Shown: one piece after another, positions 1 through 12,458 of the stretch | Layout of the letters: each line of letters opens with the position of its first letter | Numbering within the stretch: position 1 is the stretch's first letter | DNA from: Camelus dromedarius | Lineage: Eukaryota | NCBI RefSeq assembly: GCF_036321535.1 | Contig: NC_087436.1 | Location: 82,338,001-82,402,000 of the forward strand | Direction: 5' to 3' | DNA: 64,000 nt | Notes under the pieces: model-generated | What the model saw: the letters and a program-made list of their open reading frames with translations, nothing else | Told to the model about the DNA's origin: nothing | Databases searched by the model: none | Position numbers and translations under genes: made by a program

Positions 1-1170
1 CAAAAGCCAAAGAGAATCTTGAAAACAAGAAGTGATTCAGCTCATACAGGTGACCCTCAATAGGACTATCAGCAGAATTCTCATTTGGAGGCCAAAAGAC
101 AAAGGGCAGGTAAGTTCAAAGTACTAAAAAATAAACTCTGTCAACCAAGAATCTATATCCAACAAAACTGTCCTCCAAAAGTGAGGGAGAAATTAAGACA
201 TTCCCAGACAAACTAAAGCTGAGGGAGTTCATGACCACTAGACCTGGCCTGCAATTAATACTCAAGGAAGTCCTACAAGATAAAATGAAAGAACACTAGA
301 CAATAACTCAGTCATATAGGTATAAAAGTAAATACATGCTTAATTACAAAAGCTAGTATTATTGTTAACAATGGTTGTAACTCTATTGTTTGTATTTAAG
401 AGACAAATACATTTTTAAAAAATTATTAATGTAAAAGCTAGTATTGCTGTAATTTTGGTTTGTAACACCAAATATTGTTTCCTACATAATTTAGGAGTAT
501 AATTTAAAATAATTAAGTAAGAAAGAAGAATTTAAATAAAACAAAATTTTAATTTTAAGAACAATTTTAAAATAATTTGAAAGAATTTTTAGTTCATGTT
601 TTTGGGTATAAATGTATAAAGATGTTATTTTGTGACATCAACAACTGAAAGGACTATGAAAACCAATATATGTATGTATATGCAAAATTGCAACATTGTG
701 CTGTACACCAGAAATTGACACATAACTGACTGTACTTCAATTAAAAAAAAAAACAATGAAAAGGGGTGAAGATGAAGCTGTAAAGGAGTAGAATTTTCTG
801 TTATTAAAGTTAAGCTACTATAAATTCAAATTAGAGTATTATAACTTAAGAATGTTAAATGTAATCCTCATGATAAACCACAAAGAAAATATCTATAGAA
901 TATACACATAAGAAAATAAGAAAGGAACTTAAACATTTCACTACAAAAAAATCAACTAAACACTAAAGACAACAGTAATGCAGGAAATGAGGCTCAAAAT
1001 AAAGTGATAATGCATACAGAAAACAAATAGCACAATGACAGAAATAAATGCTTCCTTATCAGTAATTAAACATCAATAGATTAAATGCTCCAATCAAAAG
1101 ACAGATAGGCAGAAGGAAAAAAAACCATATAATCCAATGATATGTTGTCTACAAGAGACCTGCTTGAAAA
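1..1170 (+). mobile_element. Old L1 (L1M-type) fragment: ORF1 C-terminus, spacer, ORF2 start; degenerate
   Basis: caaccaagaatctatatccaacaaaactgtcc...gagggagaaattaagacattcccagac matches the L1 ORF1 end; ttaaatgctccaatcaaaagacaga...gtctacaagagac matches the ORF2 endonuclease start. Confidence 0.8.
653..752 (+). mobile_element. Short lineage-specific L1 3' terminus inserted in the old L1
   Basis: ctgtacaccagaaattgacac...actgactgtacttcaatt plus A-tail, the same end as the L1 at 2096-3147; imperfect TSD aacaactgaaagg (640-652) / aacaatgaaaagg (752-764). Confidence 0.75.
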
Positions 1171-1226
1171 CAAAATGGTCAATGAAAGATTATCAATTAT
1201 GGTTATTCATATCTTCTTAAAGTTAA

Positions 1227-1759
1227 TGTGGTGGACACATGATGGTGACTCCCACTAAGCCATGCCCTCCTATAATCCCCTTGAGTGTGACAGGAACCTG
1301 TGACTTTCTTCTAACAGAAAATGGAAAGGTGAGAAAGTGTCGCTCTCTTGACTATGTTACATTATATAAGACTGTGAGCAGACTGGAATGAGAGGCTCTC
1401 CTGCAGGTCTTGAGGAAGCCAAGTGCCATGGAGAGCGCTATATAGCAGAGAATTACAGGCAATCCCAGGACCTGAGGGAGGCCTCTGCCTGAGGCAGTAA
1501 AAGGTTAGGGTCCTCAGTCACACAGCTGCAAAGAAATTCTCCCAACAACCTAAATGAGTTTGGAAGTAGATTTTTTCATAGTTAAGCCTCCACATGATAA
1601 CAAAGACTGGCCAACACCCAGACTGCAGTGTTTGTGAGATCTTGTGCAGAGAACACAGCTAAGTTGTGCCCAGATTCCTCATCCACAGAAACTGTGAAAT
1701 AAATGTATTTTAAGCTGCTAAGTATACAGTAGTTTGTAACACAGTAGAAAACCAATACA
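1227..1759 (+). mobile_element. MaLR solo LTR (MLT1-type)
   Basis: Starts tgtggtggac and ends aataaatgtattttaagctgctaag...agaaaaccaataca, typical MLT1 termini. Confidence 0.75.
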
Positions 1760-1907
1760 GATACCTTCGGTCAGATCTAAAATTTTATCTGAGGAAAGCA
1801 CATGTAGGTATTCTAATAGCCAGAAGCTCCTCTAACATCTTTTATGCTCACATTTCTAATACAGAATAAACAAAGAACAGGTGGGGCAAACAGAAAAATA
1901 CTTCAAC

Positions 1908-2090
1908 CAGGAGTCAAAAATCTTGTCAGTAAAGGGTCATATAGTAAATACTTCAGGCTTTGCAGGCCATAAGGTCTCTATCACAAACACTCAATTTTGC
2001 CCTTGTAGCACAAAAGCAATCATAGACAACTGTAAGTGAATGAGCGTAGCTGTGTTCCAATAAAACTTAATTTAAAAAAACGGTTGGTTT
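1908..2090 (+). mobile_element. hAT-Charlie MITE (MER58-like)
   Basis: gtaaagggtcatatagtaaata...ggctttgcaggcca...gctgtgttccaataaaactt; similar to the copy at 12242-12452. Confidence 0.7.
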
Positions 2091-2095
2091 GGTTC

Positions 2096-3147
2096 AGCAC
2101 AATCAACAGAATGGGAGAAAATATTTGCAAATGATGCGACTAACAAAGGCTTAATTTCCAGAATATATAAACAGCTCATACAGCTTAATAACAAAAAAAA
2201 AACCAATCCAAAAATGGGCAGAAGACCTAACCAAGCATTTCTCCAATGAAGACATGTGAATGGCCAATAGACATATGAAAAAATGCTCAATATCACTAAT
2301 TATCAGAGAAATGCAAATCAAAAACTACAAGGAGGTATCACCTCACACCAGTCAGAATGGCCATCATTCAAAAGTCCACCAACGATAAACGCTGGAGAGG
2401 GTCTGGAGAAAAGGGAACCCTCCTACACTGCTGGTTGGAATGTAGTTTGGTGCAGCCATGCACCAAACAGTATGGAGATTCCTCAAGAAACTAAAAATAG
2501 ACTTACCATATGGTCCCACTTCTGGGTATACATCCAGAGGGAACTTTAACACAAAAAGATACACACATCCCAATGTCCAAAGCAGCACTATATACAATAG
2601 CCAAGACATGGAAAAAGCCTAAATGTCCATCGACAGATGACTGGATAAAGTAGTTGTGGTATATTTATACAATGGAGTACTACTCAGCCATAAAAAGAAT
2701 AAAATAATGCCATTTGCAGCAACATGGATGGACCTAGAGATTGTCATTCTAAGTTAGGTAGGCTAGAAAGAGAAAGAAAAATACATGATATCACTCATAC
2801 GTGGAATCTTAAAAAAAAAAAAAAAAAGGACACTGTGAACTCATCTACAAAACAGGAACAGACTCACAGCCTTAGTAAACAATTGTATGGTTACTGGGGA
2901 AAGGAGGTGGGAAAGGATAAATGTGGGGGTTTGAGATTAAGAAATATTAGCCACTATATACAAAAATAGATTTTAAAAAATGTTTCTTTTGTATAGCACA
3001 GGGAACTACGCTCAATATCTTGTAATAACCTTTAATGGAAAAAATATGAAAATGAATACATGTATGTATATGCATGACTGTGACGTTGTTCTGTACACCA
3101 GAGATTGACACATTGTAACTGACTGTACTTCAATTAAAAAAAAAATA
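2096..3147 (+). mobile_element. 5'-truncated lineage-specific L1 (ORF2 C-terminus, 3'UTR, A-tail)
   Basis: ORF2 C-terminal nucleotide motifs (cctaaatgtccatcgacagatgactggataaag, ccatttgcagcaacatggatgg), frameshifted; A-tail at ~3136-3150. Confidence 0.9.
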
Positions 3148-3149
3148 AA

Positions 3150-5270
3150 ACCAATTGTATCAATAATCATGTTAAATAAAAGTGGTCTAAATGCCTCCAA
3201 CTAAAAGGAATACTACTCAGAGACTCAGGAATACTACTCAACAACAAAAAAGAATAAGCAATTAAAACATATAACATGCTCAATGAAAAAAAGCCAATCT
3301 CAAAGGGTTACATCCTGTATGATCCCATTTATGTAACATCCTCAAAATGACAAAATTATAGAGATGGGGAAAACACAGTGGTTGCCAGCAGCTAGGGAAA
3401 GATGAAGGCAAGGAGTGGCAGGGGCTGTAAACGGGTATCACAAAAGATATTTGTGATGGAACTATACTGTATCTTGACTGTGCTAGTGGTCACATGAATC
3501 CATACATGTGATAAAGTATACATTCATAAATGAGTGCATGTAAAACAGGAAAAATCTGAATAAAGTAAGCAGAAATGTATTAATGTCAATTCTCTGGTTA
3601 TGATATCGTACTAAAGTTATGCAAGATATTACCACTGAGGTAAACTGGGTGAAGGATATCCAAGATTTATTATTTCTTACAACTGCAAGTGAATCTATAA
3701 TTATCTCAAGTAAATGCTTAAAAAAGAAAAAAGAGACTGTAAGATTGGACAAAACAAAATGAGACCCAACTATAAGTTGCCTGCAAGAAAAGAGCCACTT
3801 TAAGTATAAAGATACAAGTAGGTGAAAGTAAAAGAATAGAAACATATATACCATAACAGTAATTGGAAAAAACATGAACTGGCTATATTATCAAACAACA
3901 CAAACTTCAGAGCAAAAAAAATTACCAGTGATAAAAAGATACTATATAAAAAGTGGATATCCACATTACAAAGAATAAAGTTGGACCCTTACCTTACACC
4001 ATACACAAAAATTAACTCAACATATATTAAAGATCTAAATGTAAGACCTGAAACTATGAAACTCCTGGAAGAAACCATAGGGGAAACACTTCATGACACC
4101 GGTTTTGGCAATGATTTCTTGCATATAACAAGAAAAGCAAGGCAACAAAAGAAAAAAAAAAAAAAAGAGAGAGACTACATCAAACTTTAACACTCCTGTA
4201 TCTTAAAGGAAGCAACCAAGAGTGAAAAGGTAACCCAAAAAGTGGAAGAAAATACTTGCAAATCATATATCTGATGAGGGGTTAATATCCAGAATAAAGA
4301 ACTCCTACAGTTCAGCAACAAAAAAACATGGCAATCCAATATAAAAATGGGCAAAGGTCTTGAATAAACATTTCTCCAAAGAAATAAAAATGGCCAATAA
4401 ACACATGAAAAGATGTTCAACATCACCAAATCAGGGAAATGCAAATCAAAATCATAATGAGGTATCACCTCACATCTATTAGGATGGCCACTATCAAAAC
4501 AAAAAACAGAAAAGAACAAATGTTGGCCAGGATGTGGAGAAATTGGAAGCCTTATCACTGTTGCTGGAAATATTAAAATAGTACAGATGCTATGGAAACA
4601 GTACAGTAGTTCCTCAAAAAATTTAAAATAGAATTATCACATTATGCAGCAATCCCACTTCTGCATATATATACGAAAGAACTGAAAACAAGACCTTGAA
4701 GATGTATTTGCATACCCATGTTCATCTCAGCATTATTCACAATAGCCAAGAGGTAGAAGCAACATAAATGCCCATCAGTGGATGAATGGGTAAAGAAAAA
4801 GTGGTATATACACAGAATGGAATATTATTCAGTCTTAGAAAAAGAAGAAAATTTTTATATGCTATAGCATGGATGGATTTTGAGGACATTATGCTAAGTG
4901 ATATAAGGCTGTCACAAAAAGACAAATACTGTATGAACCCACTTACATGAGTTAGGTATCTAAAGTAGTCAAATTCTTAGAAACAGAAAGTAAAATGGTG
5001 GTGACCAGAGGCCAAGGAGTAGGGAAAAAGGAATTGCTCAATGGGTACAAGCATTTCAGTTTTGCAAGATGAAAAAGTTCTAGAAATCTGTTGCACAACA
5101 ATGTGTACGCAGTTAACACTAATGTTCTATACTTTACAATGGCTAAGATGGGAAATTTTTATGTTGTGTTTATTTACCACAATTAAAAAGCAACATTACA
5201 TACTAATAAAAGGGTCAATTTACCAAGAAGATATAATAATTCTATATGTGCACGAACCTAACAAAAAAGC
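3150..5270 (+). mobile_element. Nested old L1 cluster: ORF2 5' fragment split by two L1 3' ends (~3206-3730, ~3950-5190)
   Basis: Endonuclease-region pieces at ~3150-3205, ~3730-3950 and ~5190-5270; ORF 3981-4190 DPYLTPYTKINS...KDLNVRPETMKLLEE is L1 ORF2. Confidence 0.8.
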
Positions 5271-5317
5271 TTTGATTGCCAGAAATTTTTACAGATTGTC
5301 CTTTTTACAGATTGTCC

Positions 5318-5445
5318 TTTTTACAGATGAAGAAACTGAGGCACAATGAGATGGAGTGGAGCCCAAGTAAGTGGTGTAGCCAGGATTCAAACTAAGCCAG
5401 CAGGACTCCAAGGGTCTATGCGCTTAAATCCTATACTACTGTTCA
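5318..5445 (-). mobile_element. MIR SINE
   Basis: ttttacagatgaagaaactgaggcaca...ccaggattcaaact MIR core. Confidence 0.7.
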
Positions 5446-6068
5446 GAGCATTTTGCTAGTGAAATAGAATTATACAACAACAACAACAAAACATGAAAAA
5501 TTAAGGTCTCTATCTTCTCCCTTCTAAAACCAGCTACTCTTTCTAATAATTCCTTTACTTTTGGAAGTAGCAACGCCATTTTTTCAGGTGCCCTAATTCA
5601 AAACCTGAGCCACATCAGACTCCTCTCTTGACTTACATAACCCATCAGTCTCAATTCCCCTGACTTCTACTTGGCAAAACCTCTCTCCTACTCATCTTTT
5701 TCTTCCTACTTTCATTAAACTCTACTCTCTTTCTCTGTAATTCAGACCCACATACCTTGCCTGGACTATAATAGACTCCATTAACCATAATAACCTCCAT
5801 TAACCAATCACAGTGCCCCTCTTTCTCACCCCTAAACATTTGTCAAGGGCAATGCTGCCAGATTTATCTAGCTATACCTGTCACTTCCAAACTGCTTAAT
5901 ATTATGTAGTTCAACAGCTTATCCTGGCATTCAAGGCCCTTCTTGCTTTGACTCCAGCCTACCTTCCAATCTCTTCCACCACTGATTTTTGACATAAAGT
6001 AGGGAAAAGTAGGGGAAAGACAACCTACTAAACCACTGTGTCACATTTCCCCCCAGATCTTACATATA

Positions 6069-6221
6069 CAGTTGTCCCTCTGTATCCACAGGGGATTGGT
6101 TCCAGGAACCCACTCGGATACCAAAACCCAAGGATGTTCAAGTCCCTTACATAAAACGGCATATAGTAGTTGGCCCTCCATTTCCATGGATGCAGAACCT
6201 GCAGATACACAGGGTTGACTG
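6069..6221. mobile_element. TcMar-Tigger MITE (MER2-related)
   Basis: Terminal inverted repeats cagttgtccctctgtatc / gatacacagggttgactg, flanked by TA on both sides. Confidence 0.85.
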
Positions 6222-9200
6222 TACTCTCTCATTTAAGAATCACAACTACATTACAGATGGCCTAAACATCCCTGACTTGCCCAGTCACACAGGTAGAAAA
6301 TGGTGAGAGCTAGGGTTTCAACTCAGTTCTAATTAGGCCCATTCTTCTACTGTATCACAGACTTCACTATTCCATTTCCTCAAGTATATGTGCAAGACCT
6401 CAAGCTATTCCTCATGGGGGAATGATGTGAAGGCCCAGCTTATTAAGTAATGCTTCTTTTCATGAAGCCTTCTCTAATCCTTCCAATGGGATGTGATCTC
6501 CCCTCTATGAACACAAACAGTACTTCGTACTTTGGATTCATTCAACATCTTTCCTTATGTTTTAGATTTATCTGCTTAATAAAGTCTGAACTCTTTGAAA
6601 AGATTATGTCTTAAAAACATCTGTGTATCTTATCCACATGAGCCTGGGTCATAATAATTGAATTAACATGACTTCTGTGGGTTGGGTGTTTTTTTTTTTT
6701 TTCCAATATTAAAAAACTGGGTCAACTTCATTACCAGTAGTCTAATGAGTCTTCTTTCATCTAGAACTTTTACCATACCATATTTGGTGCCCTAAGTGTC
6801 TGGGTATTATGATTGTAGGCATCATTAATATTTTTAAACTTTACTAGATTTAAACACATACAATTCAAAACTATCATACACTTTTTCCCCATATACCAAA
6901 CTACTATAGCCTCTGTCTAGTAAAAGGCTTTATTTATTACAGTCATAAAATTATTTCTTTGTCAGAGAACTACTCTATGAAAAGGGCATTAATACCCATT
7001 TTTATAAAATTTTTTTACATTTGACCTCAGATTTGGGCAAGACACAAAAGCTCAAAAACTTTCTATACCAAATTCTCTTAAAACGGTCTATTTAAAGAAT
7101 ACAATGTCTTCAACTTAAAAAAAAATCTATTATATATACTAGAACATGAAGACAGAACAGGAAAAAAAATTTACCCTAGGACACTTCACTCTAAGGAACT
7201 TAGCCAACTGTAGGACTTACAAAGACTGTATGTTAATAACAAGTGAGAGTATAATCCCACCTAAACTCTAACTCAGAATTTTTAAAACATGTATCTAAGA
7301 TTCTGACTCTTATAGAAAAAAATATGGTACTCCCCTTTCCCAAATATATTAAGAGAATTAAGACATCAGGAAAAAAGAGATGGTCCATGGCAGTCTGTTT
7401 CTAATCACACCCTGGCACATTATGACAGTGAAGCAGACAGGAAGATGAGACTATTTTTTCTGTTCCTCTAAGTGTATCAACCAACAAAATAGGAAGTTCT
7501 AAAGAAAAGAGAACTCCAAACAGAAGAAAATAGGTTTTATTGGTTCACTGCAGAGAATATATAACAAAACTAACATATTTTACATGTAAACACAACTTAC
7601 AATGAATCACAGAAAACAGAACTTCTAGCAAAAGCCTAAAGATACTACCATGTTGTCAGTCTACTTCATTCTCTTTTCAAATTTCTTTGTACTTACAATC
7701 CCACATTTTAGCATGTACTATTAATATGAAATACTATTATGCAGAATTCTGTAAAAACTCATACTGTATTATTCTTGAAGAATATTGTTTTAACTCATAT
7801 ATTGTATTATTCTCATAAAGATCTTTACAGGCAGAGTGACTTTTATACCACACATTTATCAGAAGAGCTCTAAGTAGAAAGAACTCCGAACAGCACTTTG
7901 ACTGAAAGTACCTCAAAAAACTCAACGCTATATAGTTACTGCTGCAGTACCTACTACAGGAAGCAATGGTACTATTAGACTCATTCTTCTTTAAAATAAC
8001 TTTAGTTTGTATTCTTCACAATTCAGTTAGATGAAGTTTTTTTTTTAATTGAAGTAAATTTATAATGTGTCAATTTCTGGTATTAGATAAAAGATTTAAA
8101 ATGATACAAAATATTACATTTTATAGCAGCATCTGATCAATTTTAGAGCTATATCTGAAAGTTGACAGAGAATGTGTGTATTTAACAAAATTAACTCACA
8201 AATATCTGTGAAATATCAAGATGGTAAACCCCACATCATGTTGTATAGAGGAAAACCCGACTGCATGAATTTTCCACACACTCCATGCTATTTCATACTG
8301 CTCTGTCTCTGCTCAGGCTATTCTCTCATTCTGAAATGCCCATTCTTATTAGCTGACTCTTACCTTTTAAGACTAAGCTCAGGTTCATCTGCTCAAAAAG
8401 GTCATCCCCGAAAATCTGTCTTATTCCTAGCCTGGACCACATGTACTGCCTCTGTGCTCCTGTAACAATTTGATCATATCTTTTTCATTGCACTTAACAT
8501 AAAGTGGATTATACCATATTCAACTGTTAGTCAAATTTATAATACTTTTAATAATTGCCTATTCAGTATTGTTCTTTCCCATAATACTACACAAGCCCCT
8601 AAATACAGGCACCTTCTATTCACTCCTATCATTCCCATGTTAAGCACAACATATCATAAATAGATGTACTTAAAGTATTTTTGGAATGAACAGATTATGA
8701 ACATTAGAGATTATTTTTCTATGCTTATCCAAATCAACAAAAAATTAAATTATTTTAGCTAAAATAACACTGCATTCTGGATATACAATTTTAATCACAA
8801 TCATATGTAAATATTTTAACAAAGATATTTTTGAATTATTTCATTTCAAAGGTATGTTTCTTAACATTTAATTTTTTACTTTTAAGTCAAATAAGCTATA
8901 CTCATTCCCTTTTTATTTATAAAAGCAAAGAGTAGAGATTTTAAATTTTGAATCAAATAGTTCAAAAGAAGATATATTATGCCAATGATTAAAGGAGAAT
9001 CTGCTGCTTTGACAAACTGGACTACAGCTTCAAAAGTTACTACTCAGTAAAGGTACACATGACTTCGAACAATTTACTACTGTGACTTACAAAAAAATGT
9101 TTTTCTTAACATTAGCACATATTAGATACAATTGTTATCTGTTATCGAATTTTGCTTGTTAAATACTAATGTCATTTTCAGAATCTATAAACAACATTTT

Positions 9201-9531
9201 CACTATACTGAGTATAAGTATGTAACTATAACATTTAAGATGTTCCTACTTAGGGATCTGTTTTATTAAGAAGGCATTCTAGTGATGCTTCACTATCCAT
9301 AGTCATTTCCTTGCTTGAACTAGATGACAATTTATTACACATAATAGTCTGAAAATCTAGTATAAAGCATTAAAAAAAAACGACTTAAATTTTACCTAAA
9401 TAGGTGAACGATGTGTATGAACTCTTAGAAGACTATTTTTATTTGAGAATGCCATAGAAGTTACAGGGTTATACCTAATAAATTATTATTATTTGAATAA
9501 AAACATAAACCCTACTAAAAAATAAACTTAC

Positions 9532-9581
9532 CACTAATTTGTTTCTAAGTGTTAAAAGATGAGATAATCCCCACTTGACAT
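9532..9581 (-). other. Candidate 50-nt internal 5'UTR exon of the minus-strand host gene
   Basis: Minus strand: gttttttgttttgttacag|ATGTCAAGTGGGG...AAATTAGTG|gtaagt; strong acceptor and consensus donor in non-repetitive DNA. Confidence 0.65.
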
Positions 9582-9879
9582 CTGTAACAAAACAAAAAAC
9601 ACAAAGCTAAATAATAGTTACTTACTTCAGGGAGCACTCTGCTGGTCAGGCACAGCTCCTCTGAGCCTCTAAGAAAAGTACATGACTAATCTTACAAAGG
9701 GTTTGGGAGGAAGTGTGGAGTTCAGTGGCTGGTGGACTTTCAGTGAATAGGAGTTTGCAAGCCTCTAAGGGAAGCTGTTATTGGTTTAACTAGTTCTAAA
9801 AAACTGTCATTTATTAAGTAAGCAGATTTAAAACTGGTTCTGGGGACTATTACCATGGCTATACAAGAATCAGTCTTTT

Positions 9880-10298
9880 TTTTCTTTCCCTCAGGTTCGT
9901 AATTTATTGTACAAACTGAGTATCACAAGATGAGCTGACACTAGCTTCTTCAGGGATGAGACCTTAACAGATGAGGTACAGTTTAGAATTTATGTTGCTT
10001 TCACAGCTGGAGTGTTTTTAGACCTTAACTTGAAGTATAAGACTATCAAAGCAACGCTTCTGTACGTGGCCAGTACACAATTCATTCTCCCTGTGAGAGT
10101 GTAAGAGCTGAAGTATTTTTTGATGCCGGCGAAAATGAATTGGGCCTCAGTTTCTGGACCTGCCATGATTTCAGTCTGGAATGGTGAAATCACAAGGCGA
10201 AGGAGGCAAAGTTGAGTGAGAGCCTCTCAGGTACCAGAAGCAGCCTCCTGCACTTCAAGGAGTTTACAGCTCTCTGTTCTGGCTACCTCCTAGGAAAG
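9880..10298 (-). pseudogene. ATP5MK: Processed retrocopy of ATP5MK (USMG5/DAPIT) mRNA
   Basis: Intronless; AATAAA at 9908-9903; degenerate A-tail ~9876-9887; TSD aagaatcagtctttt (9865-9879) / aagaatcagcctttt (10299-10313); TT/AAAA L1 endonuclease site. Confidence 0.93.
9990..10166 (-). CDS. ATP5MK: Intact 58-aa ATP synthase membrane subunit k (DAPIT)-like ORF within the retrocopy; expression unknown
   Basis: MAGPETEAQFIFAGIKKYFSSYTLTGRMNCVLATYRSVALIVLYFKLRSKNTPAVKAT*, full length, Kozak atcATGG. Confidence 0.5.
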   Translation of the reverse strand: MAGPETEAQFIFAGIKKYFSSYTLTGRMNCVLATYRSVALIVLYFKLRSKNTPAVKAT

Positions 10299-12241
10299 AA
10301 GAATCAGCCTTTTTTAAAGGAGTTTGGGAACACACTTTTTTATTCTTACAAGGTAAACACATAATCCAATATACACATACATGTACTAAGGATATATACT
10401 AGTCTGGTGCTTTTATAACATTTCAAGAATTTTCAATAAAAAAATAGAAATACTGTCAGTCTTAAGGGTAAACACCATTTGTCTTATATTAGTTTAATCA
10501 TCCATTCATTCAGTCAGTTATCACCTGTTATATTACAGGTTCTGGAAATTCAAAGATGAACACAAAAAGCAACAATCAAGTGCTTTATAGCAGTGCTATT
10601 CAAAGTGAGTGTCGTCCACAAACTTTTTTTTCAAAACAAATCTGCAATGAGGTAGGTCAAAAATGGAGTGTTTGGAAACTCTTTTAGCAAAGTAATATTT
10701 GACAGACTAACTTTATGTCTGTTGAATTTCATTAAAAAAAAACTGAGGTATGTATTTTGTGTGTCCTCTTTTTCATTTCATTTTTCCAGTAATTCATTTT
10801 TGTCATCTTTTACAAAGTATTGATTCACAAACTAGTCTTTCACCACAGAATCTGAGAAGCACCACTTTATGGGGCTCAAGAAAGGCAGATACCCACAATA
10901 GATGAGGCTGTGTTATGGTCTGGTACTAAGATACATGGAAAAAGAATGTGGATTACACACCAAGAGAGTGTCTGCATCAAAATTTGAAGAATGGTGTTGG
11001 TGGCTTAAAAGCAAATGTCTCAGAAGACAGATACAGCACTCATATGAAAGCCTGAATCATCCATCCTCTAGATGGACTAAGATTATAATGTCTGGAAAAA
11101 CAAATGACTCAGTAAAATTGCTTCAAGAGTCAGATTCTAAATGTGAAAAAACTTAGGAATACCTTAACCAATCTATCTCTTATATTTCGCTTTTAAAAAA
11201 TGCATGAATAATCTAAATTTTTAAAGTTATCTATAAAATGAGTCCCCCCCCAAAAAAAGATGAATAAGACATGACGTAATTTCTGCCATTAAGGAGCCTG
11301 AATCATCTAGATGGGACACAAACAGGTGATGATAATAATGTGGTTAAAGGCAACAGTAGAGAGATATACTGGATGTTATGGGAGAACCTAAACTAACCTT
11401 TGTGATCAAGAGGGCTCCCCCATTGAATACAATAGCTCACATATACTCAAAGTTTCAGTTCCACTTTATTCAACTATAATCAAGTTTCAGATATCCTACC
11501 TCCTAAATTTCTCTCCTATTGTTGACCTTGCTTCTCTAGCCATACCACTTTAGTTGCAGGCCCAATCATCTTACAATTATTATTATTAGCCTCCCTCAAT
11601 CTCTTCTCTCACCAATACATTCATCCTTCTTAATGCTGCCAGTTATCACTCCCAAATTCAAATCCAAACACATAACCTCAGCGCTTAAAAATTTCATGGA
11701 TAATGTAACGGTAAGCAGAAAGAACTAGATACAGACTGTATGATTTCTATTTTGTAAATATGTGTATGTGTTAGGTTTCTAACTCCAATTATTATTTTGG
11801 AATCAAGTAATGAAATGACTCCAAAAGTCTCTACTTTTTTACAGAGGAATTTGTGGAGGAAAATAAGGAAATGTAAGCTTAAAGTCGGCAACAGAACTTT
11901 AAGGTATGCACCATACAAAGTATATACCCAAAGCTCTTCAAATTCTAAAAAGAGAAATGACTAAATGTTTACTGTTATTATAACTAGTGTGTCTGTTTTA
12001 ACTAGGTTAAATATTCCTATATATCATAAACATTTTATAATAGTTTAAAGTCCCTTATATAATGATCATATAGTATACTTGTTGATTTTATAGAGAGAGA
12101 ACATGGTAGAGCAGAAAAAAAGTGAGATAGGTAGGGGTCAGGAGAATTGGATTTTAACTAACTGCATTATTAGAAAGTCACCTTATCTCTCAAGTCTCAG
12201 TTTCTTCATTTATAAAAAAGAAAAACAGGGTTGGTCTAGGT

Positions 12242-12452
12242 CAGGGGTCTGCAATCTTTTTCTGTAAAGGGTCAGATAGTATTTTAGGCTTTGTGGGCCA
12301 TCCACACTCTGTCACAACTACTCAATTATGCCACTGTGGTAGGAAAGCACCCGTAGATAATACATAAAGGAATGGCTGGTTGTGCTCCAAAAAACTTCAC
12401 AAAACTGACAGTGAGCAAGATTTGGCATATGAAACTAGTTTTGGATAATCAC
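12242..12452 (+). mobile_element. hAT-Charlie MITE (MER58A-like)
   Basis: caggggtctgcaatctttttctgtaaagggtcagatagt...ggctttgtgggcca...caactactcaa. Confidence 0.8.
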
Positions 12453-12458
12453 TATTTA

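Noticed and set aside
9396..9474. Possible further minus-strand exon with a short ORF MAFSNKNSLLRVHTHRSPI*
   Set aside because: Would need a 57-nt intron with a poor pyrimidine tract; not supportable without transcript data
10167..10193. 9-aa N-terminal extension of the DAPIT-like ORF in the track
   Set aside because: Starts at a non-ATG codon in the 5'UTR; the real ATG is at 10166
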